The notes below the pieces were generated by a model that was given only the letters and a program-made list of their open reading frames with translations, was not told where the DNA came from and did not search any database. From an uncultured delta proteobacterium (GTDB lineage: Bacteria; Desulfobacterota; Syntrophobacteria; BM002), in assembly GCA_963712115.1 (NCBI GenBank), contig CAVQGX010000017.1, positions 1 through 64,000 on the forward strand: a stretch of 64,000 nucleotides of DNA. The letters are read 5' to 3'. The position numbers and the translations under genes are program-made. Shown in pieces: positions 1 through 9,100 of the stretch. The first letter of the stretch is position 1. Every line of letters starts with the position of its first letter.

Positions 1-32
1 TAATTTACACTCCGATAGTTTCAAAGGAGCAT

Positions 33-56
33 AAAAAAGCGGAGCCGAAGCTCCGC
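33..56 (-). terminator. Intrinsic terminator downstream of the 147-aa gene
   Basis: Minus strand reads GCGGAGC-TTCG-GCTCCGC followed by TTTTTT. Confidence 0.85.
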
Positions 57-110
57 AGTGTTCTTTGCAAAGGGAACAGCTAGTAGTGGAGCCTGAAACA
101 GCCCCGTCTT

Positions 111-554
111 TTATCGTCCACTATTCGGTCGTGAGATGGTTCCTTTGAGATAACCGTCGAATTCACCGGCAGCAAGATTGATGACCCCTTCCACGGTGCC
201 ACTTCCAGTAGCGTTATCGAACCTACCGGTTCCGCCCGTGATATTCAATTCCTGTACGTACGTGAAGACGTAACAGTCAGGCGGGTTCAAACAATCAACT
301 AGTACAAATGAAGTTGTCTCGACTTCCACTGTGTCACCGTTTGCCGCCGTCCACACCGCAGTATCCGTGTCATAGTCATACACTCCATCGAACCTACCTA
401 AGTGTGTAAAGTTACCTGAAAATCCGTCCCTATCACCCCCTAAGCTACCCTTCAGCGGGACCTTAATACCCGCAATAGCCAATCCTAGGAATAACGAGAT
501 GATGCCGAATACAGTCACAATCTGCAGCATTCGGCTCATTTTATTATGAAACAT
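111..554 (-). CDS. Hypothetical exported protein, beta-rich
   Basis: AGGAGG RBS, hydrophobic N-terminal signal-like segment, GGTGRF motif, own promoter and terminator. Confidence 0.75.
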   Translation of the reverse strand: MFHNKMSRMLQIVTVFGIISLFLGLAIAGIKVPLKGSLGGDRDGFSGNFTHLGRFDGVYDYDTDTAVWTAANGDTVEVETTSFVLVDCLNPPDCYVFTYVQELNITGGTGRFDNATGSGTVEGVINLAAGEFDGYLKGTISRPNSGR

Positions 555-812
555 GATGCTTCCTCCTAGTTATGCTGGGTTATTTCTCGGTGAGATGATC
601 TAGATGAAAATACAAGAGCCCCCAAAGGCGATAATTACCCCTTGGAGGCATTGTATCGGCACTTTCTGACGACTCCACCACATGACTAGTTCCTGAGGGC
701 TAACAACTACGTCTGCGAGAAGTGATTTTCAGACCAGCAGGAGCGATACAGAAGGAAAACGAGAATGACCACAAAGTGAGTGGGAATTTAAGTAGGGATT
801 TAAACTAGTTAC

Positions 813-841
813 AATCTACAGTGAGTAATAAAGTTTGTCAA
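813..841 (-). promoter_or_regulatory. Sigma70-type promoter for the 147-aa gene
   Basis: TTGACA-17 bp-TAGATT on the minus strand. Confidence 0.6.
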
Positions 842-1066
842 CACAAAAAACATCATTTCTTAGATTGATCGGCTGGCTCAGAATGGAAGGGGGAGACTGT
901 GGATTACATCCCTTAATTTACACTGCGCTAGGTTTGCACCTCGGCACAAGATTTAGCCATCTGGTACACAAAGTATCCCATGCTTTCCTCCTCCGTGTTA
1001 TGATGATCCTTAAGCCGAACCGATCAAGTTATCATTGGACAAGGATCACCGGGAGGGATTAAGAGT

Positions 1067-1843
1067 ATGCGGCTACGAATATCCATTCTAACTCTGATAC
1101 TTCTGGTTTCGCTCGCATCCTTCGAGTTCTCTGCGGCTCAAGCCAGGGCGTCCAGGAGAGATCCGATTGTTATCAAGGTAGTTGAGCTTGAGTATGCTGA
1201 CGCTGACCACCTAGCGACCGTTCTTACCCCATTTTTGTCGCCGGAAGGTCGAATCGTCGCCTATAACCGCACAAACAGCCTTATCATCAAGGACAAGGCT
1301 TCTGTTGTCAAAAGTTTGGTGCAAATTATCAAAGGGCCGACTAGAACTGAAAAAGGAGTTATCGCAATGACCTTAACAATCACATCCGCCGCATTTTTAC
1401 ATAACGGAGAGATTCCCACGCGTCATACCTGTGACGGTGAGGATATTTCCCCAGCTTTGGAGTGGTCGAAACTGCCCGAAGGAACTAAGAGTATCGCTCT
1501 AATTGTGGACGATCCAGATGCTCCTGATCCTGCCGCACCTAAAATGATCTGGGTCCACTGGGTGCTCTACAACATTCCCCCAAGCGCCACTGGCTTGCCC
1601 GAGGGTGTCAAGCTTCAGGACCTACCTAGGGGAACCAAGGAGGGGCTCAACGACTGGAAGCGCACTGGATACGGAGGACCATGTCCTCCGATTGGCCGCC
1701 ACCGTTACTTTCACAAACTATATGCTTTAGATGTTGTTCTTCCAGACTTGGGCAGACCTACCAAGAAAGACCTGGAAAAGGCGATGGAGGGTCAAATTCT
1801 GGCAGAAGCAGAGTTAGTGGGAACTTACCAAAGACCACGGTGA
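1067..1843 (+). CDS. Signal peptide plus secretin-N (NolW-like) domain, in frame with a YbhB/YbcL (PEBP) family protein; second start at 1367
   Basis: N-terminal VELEYADA..L..FLS.EGRI...RTNSLIIKD; C-terminal DPDAP, WVHW and GPCPP.GRHRY; internal AAGGAG plus ATG at 1367. Confidence 0.75.
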   Translation: MRLRISILTLILLVSLASFEFSAAQARASRRDPIVIKVVELEYADADHLATVLTPFLSPEGRIVAYNRTNSLIIKDKASVVKSLVQIIKGPTRTEKGVIAMTLTITSAAFLHNGEIPTRHTCDGEDISPALEWSKLPEGTKSIALIVDDPDAPDPAAPKMIWVHWVLYNIPPSATGLPEGVKLQDLPRGTKEGLNDWKRTGYGGPCPPIGRHRYFHKLYALDVVLPDLGRPTKKDLEKAMEGQILAEAELVGTYQRPR

Positions 1844-1988
1844 GCCTGATAATGATTTCAGCATCTGACCCTTGAGCTTTGTTTCATGGGTCAAAATCTG
1901 TCAATTTCCTTTAAATACCGCAAGTGCCGAAGCTGATGTTATGATCAAAGAAAAAAGATCTCGCAAATGTGCGAGATCATTATAAAAT

Positions 1989-2074
1989 TGGTGCCGAAGG
2001 CCGGACTCGAACCGGCACGGGTCTCCCCACCACCCCCTCAAGATGGCGTGTCTACCAGATTCCACCACTTCGGC
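1989..2074 (-). tRNA. tRNA-Leu(GAG)
   Basis: Cloverleaf with GCCGAAG acceptor stem, anticodon loop TT-GAG-GG, long variable arm, GGTTCGAGTCC T-arm and encoded CCA; usual position after secG. Confidence 0.97.
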
Positions 2075-2078
2075 GTTT

Positions 2079-2513
2079 TTACTTTGTTTTCTCTTCTCCC
2101 GCAGCTGGAACTGAAGGCTGTTCCTTTGCTGCCGGTGATTCGGCTGGTGGGGCAGCCTTTGTCTCTTCCTCAGCCCCGGTCTGCCTTTCTATTTCTACAG
2201 CCGGTGCACCACTAGGAGTCTCTATCTCCGTAGCGGCAGGAGCTGTGGCCGCAGGTTTAACCCCACTCATAACAGAGTCGTTCGTAACCCTGGTGGAACG
2301 ACCGGCCAAAATCAGTGAAGTTACCAGGAAGACTATGGCAACCCCGGCAGTTAGTTTACCGAAAAAAGTACTGCCGCCAGTTGAGCCGAAGAGGGTTTGA
2401 GATGAACTGCCAAATACCGCCCCGATCTCAGATCCTTTACCTGTTTGAAGTAGAACGATCATGATCAGGGCGACGCAAATAATCAGATGTAAAACCACAA
2501 GTACTGTTTGCAT
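2079..2513 (-). CDS. secG: Preprotein translocase subunit SecG
   Basis: VLLQ.GKG..IG..FG motif, two transmembrane helices, tpiA-secG-tRNA-Leu synteny. Confidence 0.95.
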   Translation of the reverse strand: MQTVLVVLHLIICVALIMIVLLQTGKGSEIGAVFGSSSQTLFGSTGGSTFFGKLTAGVAIVFLVTSLILAGRSTRVTNDSVMSGVKPAATAPAATEIETPSGAPAVEIERQTGAEEETKAAPPAESPAAKEQPSVPAAGEEKTK

Positions 2514-2565
2514 GTAACTAAGACTTACCTCCGCCTATAAATTTAGAGCGCGAACTATAGCCCAT

Positions 2566-3327
2566 TTATCCTTCGAAATCAACAATCCTGGTAAATGAAG
2601 CAGCCTTCAGGCTTGCCCCCCCTACCAATGCACCGTCGATATCCGGCTGAGCCATGAGTTCGTCTACATTATCCGGTTTGACGCTGCCACCATACAATAT
2701 ACGCATATGGTTTGCAACCGCATTGTTAAAGCGTTTGGCCAGGTTATCTCGTACAAAAGCGTGGGCCTCTTGGGCCTGCTCCGGGCTGGCCGTATGTCCT
2801 GTACCAATGGCCCAAACCGGCTCGTAAGCCAAGACCAACTTGCCGGCCTGCTCTTCGTCCAGCCCCTCAAGACCCCCTCTGAGCTGCTTTGCCAAAACAT
2901 CAAGTGCTTTCCCTGCCTGCCTCTCCTCTAGAGTTTCGCCGATGCAGAAGATAGAGCCAAGATCAACCTCTAACAATGCCAGAATCTTGCGATTCACGCC
3001 CTCATCGGTTTCTCCGAAGTACTGGCGTCGCTCCGAATGGCCGACAATGACATAATCACAGCCGAGATGGCTGAGCATGGGAGGTGAGATCTCACCTGTG
3101 TAAGCCCCTTGGCTCTCCCAGTGACAGTTCTGAGCTGCAAGCCTGATGGGACTACCAGCCAAAGCAGAAGCCACCCCAGCCAAAGCCGTGAAAGGAGGCG
3201 CCACTACCACCTCGCGGTCATCAAAGCGGGTGATCCCCTTGTTAAGTTCTTTCACTAAAGCCACAGCTTCTTCTACGGTGAAATGCATTTTCCAGTTCGC
3301 TGCCATAAGGGGCATCCGTCCACTCAT
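2566..3327 (-). CDS. tpiA: Triosephosphate isomerase
   Basis: NWKM, GHSERR, AYEPVWAIGTG, YGGSV and LVGGASL motifs. Confidence 0.98.
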   Translation of the reverse strand: MSGRMPLMAANWKMHFTVEEAVALVKELNKGITRFDDREVVVAPPFTALAGVASALAGSPIRLAAQNCHWESQGAYTGEISPPMLSHLGCDYVIVGHSERRQYFGETDEGVNRKILALLEVDLGSIFCIGETLEERQAGKALDVLAKQLRGGLEGLDEEQAGKLVLAYEPVWAIGTGHTASPEQAQEAHAFVRDNLAKRFNNAVANHMRILYGGSVKPDNVDELMAQPDIDGALVGGASLKAASFTRIVDFEG

Positions 3328-3354
3328 GCTTTCATCCCTCCTCTGGTTTGCTAT

Positions 3355-3516
3355 AAATCCGAAATCCGAATATCTAAATCCGAAACAAATTCAAATTTCG
3401 AATGTTCCAATGTTCAAAACAAGAACGATTAATATATATTCGATTGTTCTCGTTTGGATCATTTAAATTTTGGTAATTCGGATTTGTTTCGTGCTTCGTG
3501 CTAGGATTTCGAATTT
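3355..3516. repeat. ~160-bp imperfect palindrome (AAATCCG-type family, copy 1)
   Basis: Left arm AAATCCGAAATCCGAATATCTAAATCCGAAACAAAT pairs with right arm ATTTGTTTCGTGCTTCGTGCTAGGATTTCGAATTT. Confidence 0.85.
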
Positions 3517-3563
3517 GATATTCAACCTGTATCTCCTATGCTCTATGCCCTTTACACAACGGA

Positions 3564-4571
3564 CTATAGCCGCTGACCTATATAAACGGCCAGGTCAGCC
3601 AACCGACTGGCATAGCCGAACTCATTGTCGTACCAGCTCAAGACTTTGACCATACGACCATCTATCACACTGGTAAGGGCTGCATCCACGATGGAAGAAA
3701 AAGAGCTGGTGTTGAAATCCGCCGACACCAGCGGCTCGGTGCTGAAAGAGAGAATCCCTTGCATCCTGCCTTTGGCCGCCTTTTCCAAGGCACCGTTTAC
3801 CTCTGCAGCAGTAACCTCACCACTCAAGCGGCAGACAAAGTCAACCACTGAGACATTGGGGGTGGGGACCCTGATGGCCATACCGTCCAATTTTCCCTTC
3901 AGTTCCGGGATAACTAGGGTGACCGCGGCCGCCGCTCCGGTGGTGGTGGGAACCATGGAAAGAGCAGCGGCTCGCGCCCGCCGCCAATCTTTGTGCAAGC
4001 CATCCAGTAAGTTCTGTCCCATGGTATAGGCATGGATGGTGGTCATCAGTCCGTGTTCAATACCGAAGCTGTCATGCAGAACCCTAACCACCGGGGCCAG
4101 ACAGTTGGTGGTGCAAGAGGCATTGGAGACAACAGTATGATTCTTGGGGTCGTACTCTTCCTCGTTGACCCCCAGGACAAAAGTGGCATCAACGTTCTTA
4201 CCTGGCGCGCTGATAATCACTTTGCTGGCCCCGGCCTCCACATGGCCCATTGCGGCATCCTTGTCACGAAAGAGACCGGTACACTCCAAGACTATGTCCA
4301 CTCCAAATTCACGCCACTTCAACTCCTGAACGTTGCGAATCTGGGTACAGTGGATCTCATTGCCACCCACCACCAGATTGCCCCCCTTAACCTCCACTGG
4401 AGCTTCAAACCTGCCATGAACCGAGTCATAACGGAGCAGGTGGGCCAATTCTTCTGGGCTCGCCAGATCATTGATACCCATCACTTGAACCTCTAATCCA
4501 CGCTTGAAAATACTTCTAATCACTGCTCTGCCAATACGACCAAAACCGTTAATTCCAACTTTGAGAGCCAT
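3564..4571 (-). CDS. gap: Glyceraldehyde-3-phosphate dehydrogenase, type I
   Basis: GINGFGRIG, SNASCTTNCL and WYDNE motifs. Confidence 0.97.
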   Translation of the reverse strand: MALKVGINGFGRIGRAVIRSIFKRGLEVQVMGINDLASPEELAHLLRYDSVHGRFEAPVEVKGGNLVVGGNEIHCTQIRNVQELKWREFGVDIVLECTGLFRDKDAAMGHVEAGASKVIISAPGKNVDATFVLGVNEEEYDPKNHTVVSNASCTTNCLAPVVRVLHDSFGIEHGLMTTIHAYTMGQNLLDGLHKDWRRARAAALSMVPTTTGAAAAVTLVIPELKGKLDGMAIRVPTPNVSVVDFVCRLSGEVTAAEVNGALEKAAKGRMQGILSFSTEPLVSADFNTSSFSSIVDAALTSVIDGRMVKVLSWYDNEFGYASRLADLAVYIGQRL

Positions 4572-4674
4572 CTTCCTCTCCCTTCCTTTGAATGATGATT
4601 GTGCGAACCCTTGTCTCTACTCCAACTCTTCTATCCCTAAATGTTTGTTTTGCATGTATCTGCTGGGCTCAGTC

Positions 4675-5949
4675 TTAGAGCATAAATTCAGCCATACTCA
4701 CCAAGCGATCGCCCAACAGGTTACAATAGGATCCCAGTTCATTATCGTACCAGCCATAGATTACCACTTGAGTGACTGGAATTTCCAGCTGAGTCTCTGG
4801 CAGTTTCTCCAGGAACTTGGCTGGTATTGCCTGAGATAGGTCGAATAAGGCCTTCGCTGTTCTGGTATGGGTCTCGTGGCCCTCGATGATAGCAGCCACT
4901 CTGTAAAGACCAATGATATCGCTGGAGACGTTCTGTTCATCTGTATAAAGCAGATAACCATTGGGATCCCGGGCTGCATAGTCACGATAAACATTATTGA
5001 CCAATCCCCGGTCCACCAAGGGTTTATCAACCACTTCCTGAAAGTTAACCACCAGGATGATGAGCGAGCCCGTATTTACTGGAATTCGAACCGATTCAGC
5101 AATAAAGGGAATCCGCCTCATTTCGGGAAGCACCTGCCCCAAAGTCTCCGCTGCCCCGGTGGTGGTAAGAATGATGTTATTGAAGATACTTCTGTTTTTC
5201 CTGAGGTCCTGGGCGCCTGCCTTGGGTAAATGATCCAGCACTTGCTGAGATGGGGTGCTGGCATGGACCGTGGCCATGGAGACCGACAGAATCTGTTTAC
5301 TACCGAAGCTGTCCATCAGTGGCTTCAACATAAAGGCCAGGCAGGTGGTGGTGCATGAAGCGCTGGAAACAACTAGATGTCGCACGGGGTCATAATCGCT
5401 TTCATTGATCCCCATAATGGTAGTGACCGCATCGTCAGGCACAGTCCGACTCTTGTCGCCAATCTTGAATGGCGCCGACACCACCACCTTCCTTGCCCCC
5501 GCAGCCAGATGGCCGCGGAGAGAGCCTTTGTCGTCATCAACCGGCAAAGTGGGATCCCGAAACTGGCCGGTGGCCTCAACCACTAGCTCCACACCATGCT
5601 CGCGCCAGCCGATATCTCTTGGATTCCGATGCTGACGCAAGATTCTAACCGGGGTGCCGTTAATAACCATACGCCCCAGTTTCTCATCCAGCTTTTCGAT
5701 GACCCTTCGGGCTCGGCAACCATAGAGATATCGATGCAGACTGCCATAGGTGGAGTCTTTTTCTATGAACAAGGCGATGTCTTCTAAGCTGGTACCCGCC
5801 TCTCTGCCCAGGTTCACCACTATTTCTTCAAAATAGCGTCTCTCCACCTGATGCCAGAGGCTTAGCTTGCCGATGCGGCCAAGCCCATTGATTCCCAGCT
5901 TGATCGGGACGGGAGTTGAGTTTTTCTTTATGTTGGTGCCACCATTCAT
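4675..5949 (-). CDS. Atypical long GAPDH-family protein
   Basis: GINGLGRIG, SSASCTTTCL, TTTGAA and WYDNE, with several insertions; start moved to ATG 5949 behind a GGAGG RBS. Confidence 0.85.
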   Translation of the reverse strand: MNGGTNIKKNSTPVPIKLGINGLGRIGKLSLWHQVERRYFEEIVVNLGREAGTSLEDIALFIEKDSTYGSLHRYLYGCRARRVIEKLDEKLGRMVINGTPVRILRQHRNPRDIGWREHGVELVVEATGQFRDPTLPVDDDKGSLRGHLAAGARKVVVSAPFKIGDKSRTVPDDAVTTIMGINESDYDPVRHLVVSSASCTTTCLAFMLKPLMDSFGSKQILSVSMATVHASTPSQQVLDHLPKAGAQDLRKNRSIFNNIILTTTGAAETLGQVLPEMRRIPFIAESVRIPVNTGSLIILVVNFQEVVDKPLVDRGLVNNVYRDYAARDPNGYLLYTDEQNVSSDIIGLYRVAAIIEGHETHTRTAKALFDLSQAIPAKFLEKLPETQLEIPVTQVVIYGWYDNELGSYCNLLGDRLVSMAEFML

Positions 5950-6010
5950 GATCATCCTCCCTCTCCTGCGATCACCGCCCATGTGTTGGAGGTTTGTAGA
6001 GGGCTGAGAT

Positions 6011-6035
6011 GAAAAAAAGAGCCCTTCTGGCTCCC
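6011..6035 (-). terminator. Possible weak intrinsic terminator between the dikinase and the GAPDH-like gene
   Basis: GAGCC-AGAAG-GGCTC followed by a T7 run on the minus strand. Confidence 0.45.
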
Positions 6036-6156
6036 TGGTATATTATCCCGGCCTGCAAGATCAAAACACGGCAACTTCTTATGCAATTAACCTAACCCAA
6101 GCAGTATCAAATGTAAATGAAATTTTGACCCTCCTGAGTACCACTGCCTCAATGTT

Positions 6157-9100
6157 TCACTGGTACAACTCAACCGTCTCAGTAGGGTGTTTTCCTTTAT
6201 AGATGGCGCCGCCACGGCCATCGATGCTCAAAATATCGCCACCACTTATCTGCTGGTCGTTCAGCAGGCAGCGGGATTCAGCTTCCCACACCTGCAACTG
6301 CAGGCATCCCACCACACAGGTTTTTTCCAGCCGATCTGCGACAATGGCTGCATGGGAAGTGACACCGCCCCTGGCGCTTAGGACGCCATCTGCGGCTGAG
6401 ATTTCCTTGATGTCATCTGGAACCGTGTCTGAGCGCACCAGAATGAGAGGTTCACCTGGACACTCTTGGCGATAGCGTTCGATCTCTTCCAGGTTAAATA
6501 CTGCTATGCCGCAAAGCGCTCCACCACTTGCACCGATGCCGCTGGCCAAATAAGCCTCTTTCAACTCGGGAGTGGGCACAAAGATCGGATAACTGCGGTA
6601 GACCCGGTGCTGCATATCCCTGGTCTGCAGGATAAAGAGCCCATCTTCCCGCTTGCCCTGGAAGGTGAACTCGATCTCCTGCGGGCCCCAGCCATGCTCA
6701 TAAATGAGTTTCTCAGCAAGCGCTCGGAGTTGGCCAAAAATGTGGGGGAAACGATTCTCCAGTGAGATCTCTTGCTGCTCTCGTCCCTCTGTCAACTTCT
6801 GTTCTTCCGACAGAGGCAGAGTTTTTACCAGCCCGGATACCACGTCCTCACCCTGATTGCCCAGGGTGAAATCACCCCAGAGCTGGATTCGTTCATCAAT
6901 TTTCCTCGGATTGTGGGTAAAAGCCACGCCCGCACCCGAATTGGTATCCAGGTTGCCGTAAACCATGGACTGAACGGTCACCGCCGTACCCCAATTCTCA
7001 GAAATACCCATGATTTCCCTATAGGCTCTGGCCTTCTTGCTATACCAAGACTGCATTACCTGAGCGATGGCGGTATGCAATTGTTCCACCGGATCATCCA
7101 CCACCCCCACACCTCTGTCCTCCAGCGCCCGACGGTAGGCCCAGGTTAGTTCTCGAATCTCCTCGGGGGTAAATTGCCGCTTAAACTGACGATTATACTG
7201 AGCTTTATGGGCATTCATGATGGAATCGAACTCATCTCGATCGATGCCGAAGGCCATGCCCCAGGACTGCAGAAAGCGCCGATAGCTGTCCCAGGCAAAC
7301 CACACTTCGGCGGTCTCCTGAATGAGTCCCTCCACAATTTTCTCGTTGATGCCCACGTTCAAAAAAGTATTCATCATCCCCGGCATGGATATTGGGGCAC
7401 CGCTTCGTACTGACAGCAGCAACGGTTTAGTTTCAGAGCCGTAGCGGCAACCGCTAAGCTTTTCCAACCTTTCCAGCCGTTGCTCCACCCGCATCAGAAA
7501 GTCTTGGTACGAAGCATCCAACTCCTTGAACACCTGGCGACAGCGGAAAACCTCGGTGGTGACTATGAAACCAGGAGGTACCTTGGTCCCGTATTCTGCC
7601 AGCAGCACCAGATTATAGCCCTTGTTTCCGAGGTGAATGGGATCATTTGTCAAGTAGTGAGGTTCATGTATTGCAGAGAGCGCCTTCTCCGGATCATAGC
7701 TCATCAACAAGTCCAGGTGTTCGGTGATCAGAACCTCCCGCTGTTTGTTTAAGGTGTTTAGAATCCGGCTGATCAAATTGTCCAGGGTCTGGAGGCCGGA
7801 GGTGCTCGCCACCAGATCTCGCAAAAAGGTTTCCGAGACCTTGTTGATAAATTCCGCTTGACTCTGACTCTTTTCGCCCTTCTGATACTTGGCCAGCACC
7901 CGTTGGAGGCCCAATTGGTCGATTATCACCGGCAGATTGTCCTGGTGCATCTGGTAATAATAACTGTTGATAATCTGCCTTATGGCCTCGGAAAATCCCC
8001 TAAAAATATCCAGGTACTGGGAACAACTAAAGCGCCTGATTTCCAGGGCCTTGTCGAAGAGCTCCAGCTGTTTTTCAAGTCGTCCACTAGTAATGCCGTC
8101 AAGTTCCAATGCCCTGACGAAAAAGGTCATTACCTTGTTGATTCGGAAAAAAGTGGCTCGAGTGATGAAACCCAGATTCATCCTGGCAACAATCTCCTCC
8201 AGCAAGTTATTGGCTAGGTTTTCCAGGCGAAAAGTAAGTCCTAAGGCGTCGAACTTGCGTTCCTGGTAACTGCCATACATGGAGGGGATGTCCGCTGCGA
8301 TGTGGCGCTTACGATAGATGTTTTCTACGGCTGCAGACGGCTGCTCAGAAAGAATGATCTCCTTAAGGCTTTCCATATAGCTCAAAACACTGTCCAGCTT
8401 GTCGTAATACTTGCCGGTGGTCAGGGCCTCGATCAACCCTTCAGGATTAGGCAGGCCCAAGCGCTCCCCCCGCTTAAGATAGCCGACTATATCTCGTATG
8501 CTCAGTTCGTATTTCTGGACCAATAACTGATATAACTCAATGAGCAACAGAACCCGCCTTTTTTCCCGTGCTGAAACGGAGGGAACCTTTTCCAGCTGTG
8601 CCGCTAATTGTTCCACCTCCAGTTCCAGCAGATCCCTGTGGTTGTTCACGCCATTTTCTTGGAAGATGAATGTGAAGGCCCTATGCACCTCCTCAATGTA
8701 TGGCCCACTTTCAGCCACCTGCTGGAACACCTCCCCTGGCAGGAAGCGCTGCAATGATGATCGATCTTTGCTGCGCCAGAAAGCAATTATTGCAGAAATT
8801 AAATCAATGATAAGGTTATTGCTCTCCACGTGGCTGAACTTACGCAAAAAATGGATGAGCAGGTCTTTGCGGTGACTGAGTTCGTCGATTTCGGTGGATA
8901 CATCGCGCAGATGACCCTCGGCCCCAATTTCGTTAAAATAAACTGGGAAAATCTTGGTCAGCTGTTTGATCAGGTTATAGAGCGGACGTATGGGACTATC
9001 CAGCAAACGGCTGATATCCTTCTGAAAAAGGTCGGTATCCCGGATGCAGACCCCCCCTAGGGAAAGGTTGACCAGCAGAGCCGAAAGCAGACGCGAAGCC

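Noticed and set aside
1967-2400. Plus-strand ORFs 1967..2215 and 1969..2400
   Set aside because: Antisense shadows of tRNA-Leu and secG.
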